Shown: positions 9,094 through 18,900 of the stretch, one piece after another | Layout of the letters: every line of letters begins with the position of its first letter | Position numbering within the stretch: position 1 is the stretch's first letter | Assembly: GCA_963617725.1 (NCBI GenBank) | Contig: CAVEQA010000003.1 | Coordinates: forward strand, 1-35,242 | Direction of reading: 5' to 3' | From: Paludibacteraceae bacterium | Lineage (GTDB): Bacteria; Bacillota_I; Bacilli_A; RFN20; CAG-288 | DNA: 35,242 bases | The notes under the pieces: generated by a model | What the model saw: the letters and a program-made list of their open reading frames with translations, nothing else | Told to the model about the DNA's origin: nothing | The model's database searches: none | Program-made: the position numbers and the translations under genes

Positions 9094-12000
9094 TTAAAAT
9101 TCAAACAAAGATATTTGATCTGATTCAGGCACTCCATCTAATGCACCTAAAGATCTTAAGACTTCGATCATCTTATCACCAACTCTAGCTCTTTCTCTTA
9201 AATCATCAACTGAAGTGAAAGGATGAACCTTTCTAGCATTTGTTATTTGAACTGCAAGTGATTCGCCTAAATTATTGACACAAGTCAAAGAAGGAATGAC
9301 CTTATTATGTTTCTCATCAATTGTAAATCTAGTAGCTTCACTTGTATTGACATGGATCGGAGCAAAGGACATACCTCTATCGTACATTTCGATAGTAGAT
9401 TCATAAGCGTTGATACATGCTAATTCAGTGTTTGTAACTGGAAGTCTATTCCTTTGTCTATTCAAGATATCTTCTCTCTTTTTCAAGCAAGCTTTGATAC
9501 CTTTCATCATATTTTCAATATCATATGAATCACATCTTAATGTGAAATAAGTAGCATAGTAAGCAAGTGGTTTATGCACTTTAAACCAAGCGCAACGAAT
9601 ACAGTTAGTAACATAAGCGACAGCATGACCTTTTGGGAACATATACTGAATCTTATGACATGAATTTATATACCAATCCGGAACATTATGCTCTTTTAAA
9701 ATTTTATCGTATTTATCTTTAAGTTCTTGGTCCTTACTCTTGACAAACATACCTTTTCTAGTGAATTCCATGATCTTGAATGCATCACCATTTTCAACAC
9801 CATATTTATCATGTAAGACTGTCATAATATCATCACGGCAGGCGATAACATCGCCGAGTTTAAATCCTTCTTTAGTGATCAAATCCTCTGCATTACCTGC
9901 AAAGACATCAGTACCGTGAGAAAGACCAGAGATTCTGACTAAATCTGAAAAAGATCGTGGTTTTGTTTCAAGAAGAACTCTTCTTCCATTTTCAGTTCCA
10001 AATTCAGGAAGTCCTAAGGCGCCTGTTTCTTGTTGAAGAACATTATTTTTTAAATGTAGAGCATCAGCTGACCACAACAATGATTTAGCTTCAGGATCTG
10101 AAATCGGAATCTTCTCCTTCATATCCATAAAGCTGAAACCGCATAAATCACATTGCATACGTATAGCAACAGGATCAACATGACCTAACATATCGAATTT
10201 CAAAACATTATCGTGAATGGCATGGAAGTCAAAATGGGTTGTTTCCCAATCAGAATCAGGATCATCAGCTGGATATTGAACAGGAGTGAAATCATAAGCT
10301 TCCATACCAGCTGGAATGACAATAACACCACCTGGATGTTGACCAGTTGATCTCTTTGTACCGATACATCCTGAACCGATATAATCTAAATGGGCATTTC
10401 TAACTTTGCTTTTATCCATTCCTAATGATTCGATGTATCCTAAAGCATAACCACGAGCTTGTTTATCTTGGGTAGTTTGAATAGTACCTGCTTTATAACA
10501 TTTGTTACCAGTCGAATTCAAAACTTCTTGCATATGAAGGTGAGCTCTTGATTGGAAATCTGATGGGAAATTCAAATCGATATCCGGAACTTTTTCGGCG
10601 TGGAAACCTAAGAAAGTTGCAAACGGAATATTTTGACCATCACCAATCATCTTTTCTCCACATTCAGGACAGCATTTCTCAGGTAAATCAAAACCAGAAT
10701 CATATAAACTGATATCTGCCCATTCTAGATGTTTGCACTTTGGGCAGCGATAATGAGGTGGTAAAGGATTGACTTCAGTAATTCCTGACATCGTAGCAAC
10801 TAAAGAAGAACCGACAGAACCTCTAGAACCAATCAAATAACCTTCAGAATTTGACCATCTGACAATATCAGAAGACAACCAGTAAATGACAGCATAACCA
10901 TTATCGATGATACCTTTGAGTTCAGTTTCAAGACGTTGTTGAATCACTTCAGGCAAAGGATCTCCGTATAATTCCTTTGCAGTCTTATAAGTCAATTCCG
11001 TCAATTTTTCATCAGCACCTGGAATAAATGGTGGATATAATTTATCCTTTGTCGGCTTGATATCATCAGCGATCATATCAGCAATCAAATTAGTATTATC
11101 AATGACAATCTCTTCTTCTAAGGCTTTATCATTTAAAAATGAAAAACATTCCATCATCTCATCGGTAGTTCTAAAATGTTGATCTGGATTTGGAAGAGGA
11201 TTTTTATACCAAGCTTGTTTTTTAGATTCAGGACTTGATTCTCTTGGAGCTAAATTCAATGGATGTCTTGTACCGCCTAAACCTTTAGCAGAAATATAAA
11301 CATCTCTGAATAATTTATCTTGAGGATTTAAGTAATGACAATCGCCAGTTGCGCAGATGATTTTATTGATACTCTTAGCGTTTTTGATGAGATCTTTTGT
11401 CACTTCTCTAGCTTCTTCAACATCGTTTAATTTTCCAGTATGGATTTCATACAAATGATTTTCAGGAGGCTGTACTTCAATGAAATCGTAGAATTCCATC
11501 AGTTTTTTCAAAGCATCTTCAGATTTTGTCATTGCTGCATCCCAAATCTCACCATTGAAACAAGCAGAACCAATCAAAAGATTCTGTCGATGTTCGTTCA
11601 AATAGCTCTTTGGAGTAAGAGGAGTTGAGGTCCCAGAGATGAATTCAGTACTAGAATATGAAATGATACGATACAAATCCTTCAAACCATCAGTATTTTT
11701 AACATACACAGTAACATGATGTGGGTGCAAACTCAAAAGCATCGTCTTAGTGACTTCAAGTTTTTCTAAATCTCTATGTGTTAAATTAGGGTTGTTTTGA
11801 CAAAGTCTTGAGAGCATTACTGAAAAAATAGTTGCAAGATGTGATGCATCATAATCAGCTCTATGAGCTGTTTCACTATCAAAAGCTATCTCTAATTTTC
11901 TCGCAATTGCTCCTTCTCTATGACTTCTCATCTCAGGGAATAAATATCTAGCAAGCGGTAAAGTATCAATGACTGGATTTTTGATGGTTTCCATACCATT

Positions 12001-13455
12001 ATTCTTTAAGGCTTCATTGACAAAATTGTAGTCGAATTCGGCATTATGAGCAACCAAGATAGAATCACCAAAAAATTCGATGATATCCTCTAATGCTTTT
12101 TTGATAGGTTTTCCATTATCGACCTGAGCTTGAGTAATATGGGATGTTTCAGTGGAGAATTTTCCAAGTTTTCTATTTGGATTTATGAAGAAATCTATGT
12201 GATCTAAAACATTGCCAGAACTATCGCATTTGATAGCACCAAATTCAATCAACTTATCATATCTGCAACTCAAACCTGTGGTTTCAGTATCAAAAACTAC
12301 ATAAGTAGCTTTAGAAAGTATAGTATCACAAGGATTATAAACAAACTTCATTTTTGAATCATCTATCATGTATAATTCAGCACCATAGATGACCTTAACC
12401 CCTGTTGCTTTGCTTGCTTTTTGAGCTTCTGGGAAAGACTGAGCAACACCATGATCTGTAAGTGCGATGGCTTTATGTCCCCATTTTTGAGCTAATTTAC
12501 AATAATCAGTGATGGATGCAACACCATCAAAAGCTGACATTCTCGTATGAAGATGTAATTCAACTCTCTTTCTAGGATAGATATCTTCTCTTGGAGGATC
12601 ATTATCAACTATTTCGATATTATCGATTTGAATGACAAGTTCATCATGAGAGTATTTATCGTGAACCGGTCTTCCAGAAACTCTAATTTTAGTACCTACT
12701 TTAAACTTTTCAATTTGATCAATAGTCATTGATTTACCTTCAAATAAGGTAGATGAAATCGAATCAGTTCCATCAGTATATTCAATAACTTCAATCAATT
12801 TATTAGATTTTTTAGATTTTCTAATCTTATCCTCTGGAATAGAAAAGATAACGCCTTCAACAATGACATTTCTAAAATTTTCAATATCCTTTAATTTACA
12901 TGGTTGATAGGATGAATTCTTAACGAATTTTTTAGCAGCTTCATATGATTTTTGTTCGTATTCTTCTTCTCTTTTTTCAACAAAATCATTGTCGATGAAG
13001 ACCTTTTCTTGTGTCAATACACTATACGAAGAAGAAATGGATTCTAAAAAATCTTTTAATCTTCTAGTCTCTTCATAAATCTCATTTGCGCCATATGCGT
13101 TTCGATAATAAAACAATATTTTCTTATCTTCCTCGATAATTTTGTAATCATCGAGCATACTACAACCATTTGCTTCGACATATTCAGCTAATATTGTCTC
13201 AAATTCATTTTCTTCATCTTTGTATTTAAAAGATAGAGACATTCCAAAACCGCCGTGAGAGACAAAATTATCAACGGTATCAAAGAAATTCTTGTAATCT
13301 TTATAATGCAAATATTTAGGAAGAAAAATGCACGCAAAAATGCGATTGCATTCTTTATCATTAACTAACTTATCAAAATAGCCCTCTTCAAAAGGAGACA
13401 AATCTTTGATTCCAATTTTTGTCAAGAATCTTTTAAGAACAGAATCCATAATCAA
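9094..13455 (-). CDS. polC: DNA polymerase III alpha subunit, PolC type
   Basis: 1453-aa ORF with PHP motif (HLHTRMS), DEDD exonuclease (VVFDTETTGL), zinc finger (CPKCKH...CPECG) and a polymerase core. Confidence 0.97.
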   Translation of the reverse strand: MIMDSVLKRFLTKIGIKDLSPFEEGYFDKLVNDKECNRIFACIFLPKYLHYKDYKNFFDTVDNFVSHGGFGMSLSFKYKDEENEFETILAEYVEANGCSMLDDYKIIEEDKKILFYYRNAYGANEIYEETRRLKDFLESISSSYSVLTQEKVFIDNDFVEKREEEYEQKSYEAAKKFVKNSSYQPCKLKDIENFRNVIVEGVIFSIPEDKIRKSKKSNKLIEVIEYTDGTDSISSTLFEGKSMTIDQIEKFKVGTKIRVSGRPVHDKYSHDELVIQIDNIEIVDNDPPREDIYPRKRVELHLHTRMSAFDGVASITDYCKLAQKWGHKAIALTDHGVAQSFPEAQKASKATGVKVIYGAELYMIDDSKMKFVYNPCDTILSKATYVVFDTETTGLSCRYDKLIEFGAIKCDSSGNVLDHIDFFINPNRKLGKFSTETSHITQAQVDNGKPIKKALEDIIEFFGDSILVAHNAEFDYNFVNEALKNNGMETIKNPVIDTLPLARYLFPEMRSHREGAIARKLEIAFDSETAHRADYDASHLATIFSVMLSRLCQNNPNLTHRDLEKLEVTKTMLLSLHPHHVTVYVKNTDGLKDLYRIISYSSTEFISGTSTPLTPKSYLNEHRQNLLIGSACFNGEIWDAAMTKSEDALKKLMEFYDFIEVQPPENHLYEIHTGKLNDVEEAREVTKDLIKNAKSINKIICATGDCHYLNPQDKLFRDVYISAKGLGGTRHPLNLAPRESSPESKKQAWYKNPLPNPDQHFRTTDEMMECFSFLNDKALEEEIVIDNTNLIADMIADDIKPTKDKLYPPFIPGADEKLTELTYKTAKELYGDPLPEVIQQRLETELKGIIDNGYAVIYWLSSDIVRWSNSEGYLIGSRGSVGSSLVATMSGITEVNPLPPHYRCPKCKHLEWADISLYDSGFDLPEKCCPECGEKMIGDGQNIPFATFLGFHAEKVPDIDLNFPSDFQSRAHLHMQEVLNSTGNKCYKAGTIQTTQDKQARGYALGYIESLGMDKSKVRNAHLDYIGSGCIGTKRSTGQHPGGVIVIPAGMEAYDFTPVQYPADDPDSDWETTHFDFHAIHDNVLKFDMLGHVDPVAIRMQCDLCGFSFMDMKEKIPISDPEAKSLLWSADALHLKNNVLQQETGALGLPEFGTENGRRVLLETKPRSFSDLVRISGLSHGTDVFAGNAEDLITKEGFKLGDVIACRDDIMTVLHDKYGVENGDAFKIMEFTRKGMFVKSKDQELKDKYDKILKEHNVPDWYINSCHKIQYMFPKGHAVAYVTNCIRCAWFKVHKPLAYYATYFTLRCDSYDIENMMKGIKACLKKREDILNRQRNRLPVTNTELACINAYESTIEMYDRGMSFAPIHVNTSEATRFTIDEKHNKVIPSLTCVNNLGESLAVQITNARKVHPFTSVDDLRERARVGDKMIEVLRSLGALDGVPESDQISLFEF

Positions 13456-13510
13456 ACTCCTACCATAACTCGACTATTTTATATCTTTTTCAGTCACCTA
13501 AAAAGAAAAA

Positions 13511-15067
13511 TTAAATGTTTTTTCTTTTCCTTTCTAACATCTTTTCAACATATGAAACATAGTTTCTTTCATCATTCACTTTTACAAAAAGAATAGTACA
13601 AACAATACATGTCAAAGTTATGAATAAAGGTAAAAAAGTCATGGAAGAAAGGTAAATATTCTTTGATGTCAATGAAATAGTATTATCAAGTTTAGAATTC
13701 AAAAGGGTAAGACTCATACTCGAATCATGACTAGCGCTTGAAGCTTCAAAAGAAGATATCACCTCATTAGCAGACACTAAATTAGAGGCATTTAGAAATA
13801 CATAAAACAAAGCAACTTGTAATCCGTTAGCAACAGATGGAAGTCCGCCTCTGATGCCTTGAATAGACCCATTTTTATCTAATCCTGTTTTAGCTGCATA
13901 ATATTCTCTGAGTTCAAAACAATTGACATATATAGGTGTATAAATAATTCCATGAACAAAACTGATTCCAAAGCTTAAGAAATAAAGAACATATTCATTT
14001 CCTCTTCTAAATCCAAAGAAGAATAATAAACAGTATAACAAAATGCTCAAAGCACCAAAAGAAATAAGAATGTTCTTTTTAGACATTTTTTTAGCGATAA
14101 ATGGATAAAAGAATCCTGAAAAAGCATTACCGATACCAAATGCTATGGTGAAGAAAAATGAAATATATGCACCACTTTTACCAGTGCCATCAATACCAGG
14201 AGATGTGAAACTGCCATATCCATATTCAAAATAAAAATAATTAGTACTATTACCGATGATCAAATCTTGAGCTAAGAATATGAGTAAAAACATCAACATA
14301 GTCAAAAATATTTGTTTATCTTGAAATAATAATTTGATAGGAGATAAAGGAGAATCTGAACTTCTTATAGTCAGATTTTCTTCTTCTCTTTCTCTCATAA
14401 AAATTCCAAGTATCATCTGAAATACATAGAATAAAACGACTAAAACTAAAGCAAAAATAGTCAGATTTCTCTTAGCATCTCCACCTGTGATAGTTGGAGA
14501 TAAAGCAGCAGTGATATAAGCTCCTAAAACTCCAAAACCATTGATAATGGACGAATAAACGCCTTTTTTCTTTTCATCAATTGAAAAGGTATTCAAGTAA
14601 GAAAAGAAAGCGACATCATTGATAGCATACGAAAGATATGTAAATAAATACAAAACTAAGAATAAAGCAACATATGCCCATCCACTAAACAAAGGACAAA
14701 CAAAAAACAATAATACAAAGAAAAATGTTGTTAAAGTAGAACCGAAAAGAATAAAAGTTCGATATCTACCAAGTGGATAATCTCGTTTATCGATGAAATA
14801 TCCAACGATGGTATAACCAAATCCAACCATTATTTTAACAGCTACTAAACCTAATGTTATTACAAGCAACATCGCTTTATATTGATTTGAACTCACCTTT
14901 GTAAGAGGAGAAGCAAGTTGAACATAAAGAAGAAGGAAAAGAGTTATAAACTCAAAGAAAGCTTCATAAAAAACTGAAACAATCGATAACAATGCAACAC
15001 TTCTTTTCGGTGGATTTTCAGATGAAAAAGTTTTATTAATTAATTTCATATGTAAAATTATATTCAT
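13511..15067 (-). CDS. GPH-family (MelB/YicJ-like) MFS cation symporter
   Basis: 518-aa polytopic ORF. DKRDYPLGRYRTFILFG resembles the GPH loop 2-3 signature (D...G.[FY]R). No SD precedes either candidate ATG (15067 or 15049), so the start is uncertain. Confidence 0.75.
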   Translation of the reverse strand: MNIILHMKLINKTFSSENPPKRSVALLSIVSVFYEAFFEFITLFLLLYVQLASPLTKVSSNQYKAMLLVITLGLVAVKIMVGFGYTIVGYFIDKRDYPLGRYRTFILFGSTLTTFFFVLLFFVCPLFSGWAYVALFLVLYLFTYLSYAINDVAFFSYLNTFSIDEKKKGVYSSIINGFGVLGAYITAALSPTITGGDAKRNLTIFALVLVVLFYVFQMILGIFMREREEENLTIRSSDSPLSPIKLLFQDKQIFLTMLMFLLIFLAQDLIIGNSTNYFYFEYGYGSFTSPGIDGTGKSGAYISFFFTIAFGIGNAFSGFFYPFIAKKMSKKNILISFGALSILLYCLLFFFGFRRGNEYVLYFLSFGISFVHGIIYTPIYVNCFELREYYAAKTGLDKNGSIQGIRGGLPSVANGLQVALFYVFLNASNLVSANEVISSFEASSASHDSSMSLTLLNSKLDNTISLTSKNIYLSSMTFLPLFITLTCIVCTILFVKVNDERNYVSYVEKMLERKRKNI

Positions 15068-15344
15068 AGAAAAACTATTATCAATAGTTATTAAAAATGT
15101 AAATTTTCATATATTTTTAAATTTTAAATTGGTATTTTTTTATATTGCTTTATTTAAATAAAAATACTTTTAGTAATAAAGGCTTATTATTTATTTTTTT
15201 ATGAGATTAAAACTCAAGAAAATAAGTTATTAAAACAAAATTGCAATTTAAGAAACTAAAAAAGTGCAAATAAATGTATGCTCTTACATTATTTTAAACT
15301 TAAAAACCAGTATTCAAAAATCATCAACAAAAAGTCTGATATCA

Positions 15345-15620
15345 AAGTGAATATTCTACTGGAACCAGAACGTTAGGAAGTGCAACGTTTTCGATCTTGA
15401 TGATGGAAATAGATATATGACCGACAGTCACGAGACAATCTTGAGATTTTTAAGTCGATTAAATTCAATTTAGCATTAATATGGTTTATGTTTAAAAAAC
15501 TCAATTGTGCATTTATTCAAATTGTGTTAATGAATCAACTAACCAAATAATACTTTCAAAAGAAAAGCTAAGAAAAGTGCAAATTTCGTTACCTCCGGTT
15601 GATATTCAAAACAAATTGAA
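15345..15620 (+). pseudogene. decayed fragment of a type I restriction-modification specificity subunit (hsdS-like relic)
   Basis: Codons 15535-15618 read STNQIILSKEKLRKVQISLPPVDIQNKL, fitting the conserved end of a Methylase_S repeat (Q..LS...L....I.LPP...Q..I). Upstream TRD-like pieces (VNILLEPER; LGSATF; DLDDGNRYMTDSHETILRF) lie in three different frames and are broken by stops. Confidence 0.45.
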
Positions 15621-15708
15621 ATTTAGTTGCGATTTATATCCCTTTTATCCATTCATTTTCACTAAAACACTCCTTCCTACCTTTCCTAAATTGTTGATTA
15701 GAGGAAAA

Positions 15709-15754
15709 GAAAAAAGGCCTAGAAAGAGCGACCAAAGTCACCAAATCTAGGCCT
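15709..15754 (-). terminator. second of two tandem intrinsic terminators after tRNA-Gly
   Basis: On the - strand: AGGCCUAGA...UCUAGGCCU with inner GGUGAC/GUCGCU helix (two G.U pairs that would be A.C on the + strand), then UUUUUCUUUU. Confidence 0.7.
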
Positions 15755-15795
15755 CATGTAATTGGCGGAAAGGAAAAATACCCCTATCTGCAATT

Positions 15796-15826
15796 AAAAA
15801 AGGTCTGACACATATCGTATCAAACC
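15796..15826 (-). terminator. first intrinsic terminator after tRNA-Gly
   Basis: On the - strand: GGUUUGA-11 nt loop-UCAGACC followed by UUUUUU, 13 nt downstream of the tRNA CCA end. Confidence 0.75.
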
Positions 15827-15839
15827 ATTGCTTCTTTAG

Positions 15840-15913
15840 TGGAGCAGCCGGCGGGAATCGGACCCGTATATACAGCTTGGGAAGCTATCGTTCTACCACT
15901 GAACTACGGCTGC
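15840..15913 (-). tRNA. tRNA-Gly (anticodon CCC), CCA encoded
   Basis: Hand-folded cloverleaf. Acceptor GCAGCCG/CGGCUGC, D arm GUUC-AGUGGUA-GAAC, anticodon arm AUAGC-UUCCCAA-GCUGU, 4-nt variable loop, T arm ACGGG-UCCGAUU-CCCGC, discriminator U, CCA. The T loop has C at position 55 and the 49:65 pair is A.C. Confidence 0.85.
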
Positions 15914-15917
15914 AAAG

Positions 15918-15949
15918 AATATGGCCTTACAAAAATGTAAGACCATATT
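15918..15949 (-). terminator. hairpin between the rpoC stop and tRNA-Gly (partial terminator or processing signal)
   Basis: AAUAUGGUCUUACA-UUUU-UGUAAGGCCAUAUU, a 14-bp stem with one G.U pair specific to the - strand. Only CUUU separates it from tRNA position 1. Confidence 0.55.
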
Positions 15950-15963
15950 TAATTTTTTATAAA

Positions 15964-18900
15964 TTATTGCTTTTGATTGACTTCCATCTCAGCTTTTGCA
16001 TCAGCAGAGACAATAGCATTATCAGACTTCAAAAGTGTTTCTTGAGAGACAACTTCGGAAGCATCGATATTAGCGTCTTCTTCTGAAAGTAATGGTTTTA
16101 AACCAGTTCCAGCTGGGATTAGTTTACCAATCATGACATTTTCCTTCAAACCGCAGAGATGATCGACCTTACCTTTAATTGCAGCTTCAGTCAAGACACG
16201 AGTGGTCTCTTGGAAGGAGGCAGAGGAAAGGAAGGATTCAGTATCAAGAGCAGCTTTGGTGATACCTAAGACAATCGGACGTCCGACTGCTGGTTTTCCA
16301 CCATGAGCGAGAACCTTTTGGTTCTTCTCAGTGAAGATGACATCATTGACTCTTTGACCAGGAAGCATATCTGTATCACCAGGATTGATGATGAGAAGCT
16401 TATTAGTCATTTGACGAACGATGATTTCAAGGTGCTTATCAGAAATAGCAATACCATTTCCAGAATAAACATCTTCAACTTCCTTGATAAGATATCTTCT
16501 CAAAGTGAGAAGGTCTGTGCATTCAAGAAGTTCTTTTGGATTGACATGACCTTTAGTAAGAGCATGACCGGCTTCGATTTCGTCGCCTTGTTTGACATTA
16601 GGAACTGCACTTGGATAAGACAAGAACTTTTGTTCTTCAAGTTCATTCTTAACAGTGAATTCATGACGTAAACCAACATCTTTGATATCTGTGACAGTAC
16701 CACGGATAGTTGAGATAAGAGCTTGGCTCTTTGGTTTTGGATTACGAACTTCAAGAATTTCGGAGACACGTGGGAGACCGGTAGTAATATCTTTAACACC
16801 TGCAACACCACCAGTGTGGAAGTTCTTTAATGTAAGCTGAGTACCTGGTTCACCGATTGATTGAGCAGCCATGATACCGACAGTATCACCGATAGTAGCG
16901 ATTTGACCAGTTGCAAGGTTACGACCATAGCAGTGGACACAAACGCCATCTGTACTTTCACAAGTGAGAATTGAACGGATTTCAACTTCTTTGATTCCAG
17001 CTGCAACAACTTTAGTAGCTAAATCTTCGTTGATGAATTCATTTCCAGGAACGATGATTTCACCAGTTTCTGGATTGATGATATCACGCATTGAATAACG
17101 ACCGACGATACGATCATACAAGGATGCGATACCCTTTAATTCCATAACGACAACGCCGTGATCGCAGTGACAATCTTCTTCACGGATGACAACATTGTGA
17201 GAGACATCGACAAGTTTACGAGTTAAGTAACCAGAGTCAGCAGTCTTCAAAGCAGTATCGGAACCATTTTTACGAGTACCGTGAGTAGAAGTGAAGTATT
17301 CACTGACACTCAAACCATCAGCATAACAATCAGTGACTGGGACTTCGATAGCAACACCAGTAGAATCAAGCATACAACCTTTCATACCGATAAGTTGCAT
17401 GTAGTTATCTTCACTACCACGAGCACCGGATTCCATCATCATGAACATTGGGTTTCTAGGAGCAGAAGCCATACGAGCATGAAGCTTTTCAGTCAAATTG
17501 ACATCCTTGACGCTTGTCCAAGCTGCAATGACTGCATTATGACGTTCTTCATCAGTGTAGAAGCCCAAATCATAATTTTCTTCAATCTTAGCAACTTCAT
17601 TTCTACAATTCTTATAATCTTCATCACGACCTTGAAGTGGTTGCATATCATCAAGAGAGATGGTAAGACCAGACTTAGTACAATAATCAAAACCTTGATT
17701 CTTGAAAGCATCCATAATCTTTGCTGTTTCAACAGCTCCGTATTTACGGAAGACATAATCCATCATGGTCTTGATACCCTTCTTCTCGATTGGAGAACGG
17801 GTTGGTTGTAATTTTGCGTATTCTCTGAAGACATCAAAATCTTCGCCTTCTTTATAGACATGAGCAGCGATAACTGCATCATATGCTTCTTTAGAAGTGA
17901 CAAAGAAAGAAAGTGGAGTTTCTTCAAAGTTAGCTTTTAATTCGTTCTTAAGAGCTTTCTTATCAACTGGTTTACCATGTTTTTTCAAAGATGTAGCAGA
18001 ATATGGGAAGTTGATGAATGGGAAGTCAGTTGGGAAGATATCGTTGAAAATGAGTTTACCGACTGTTGTCAAAAGATAAGAATTCTTAATGGAAGCATAC
18101 TTTTCATCATTGATCCAGGTCTTATTTAAAGAAGAGGCTGGAACAAAGATTCTTGTACGCAAAGAGATGATACCATTTTGATAAGCGAGAATTGCAGTAC
18201 TAGGGTCAGAGAAAACTTTACCTTCGTACTTCTTGTAACTCAAGAACTTATCACGCATATCTAATTCATTGCGTTTTTCATAGTATTTGGCGTAATCATC
18301 ATCTTGATCTTGGTCATCTTCCAAGGTTAAGTAATAATTACCATAAATCATATCCTGACTTGGAACACAAATTGGTTGTCCATCAGATGGTTTTAAAATA
18401 TTATGATTAGCAAGCATTAAAGACATAGCTTCAGCTTGTGCTTGTCTAGAAAGTGGAACATGAACAGCCATCTGGTCACCATCGAAGTCAGCGTTGAATC
18501 CTGGGCAAACAAGCGGATGTAAACGAATAGCTTTTCCTTCGATTAAGATAGGACGGAAAGCTTGAATACCAAGACGGTGAAGGGTAGGAGCACGGTTTAA
18601 AAGAACAGGGTGATTTTCAGTGATTTGTTCAATTGCATCATAGACGCGTGGATCTTTTCTTGCAATCAATTCATCAGCTTGTCTTTGACTTGTGACATTA
18701 GAATCTTTCTTAGAGATGAGATAGTGAGCGATGAAAGGACGGAAAAGTTGAACTGCCATTTCACGTGGCAAACCACATTCATCCATATTGAGTTCAGGAC
18801 CGACAGCGATAACTGAACGACCAGAATAATCGACACGCTTACCAAGAAGGTTTTGACGGAAACGACCTTGCTTACCTTTTAAGGTAGAACTTAAAGAACG

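Noticed and set aside
15068-15700. A known riboswitch or T-box controlling the GPH transporter.
   Set aside because: None of the conserved cores I can recall are present on the - strand (T-box GGUGGUACCGCG, TPP CUGAGA, purine, preQ1, guanidine, fluoride, Mn, c-di-NMP). Only a formal Rfam scan could settle this.
15505-15750. 81-aa TTG-initiated ORF in the large spacer, considered as a real gene.
   Set aside because: It has no SD and a TTG start. It contains only the terminal conserved motif of an HsdS repeat, followed by unrelated sequence that runs through a - strand terminator. It is better explained as a pseudogene fragment.
15761-15774. TTGGCGGAAAGG in the spacer, considered as a possible att-type duplicate of the tRNA-Gly 3' end (CCGGCGGGAATCGG on the + strand).
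   Set aside because: Only about 7 nt match, with an indel. That is too short to distinguish from chance.
17281-17811. 176-aa ORF on the + strand antisense to rpoC. Similar antisense ORFs lie at 16303-16671, 19139-19405 and 19687-19986.
   Set aside because: They lie entirely inside a highly conserved, correctly framed rpoC. They have no SD and low-complexity or odd composition. Such shadow ORFs are typical opposite relatively GC-richer, highly expressed genes.
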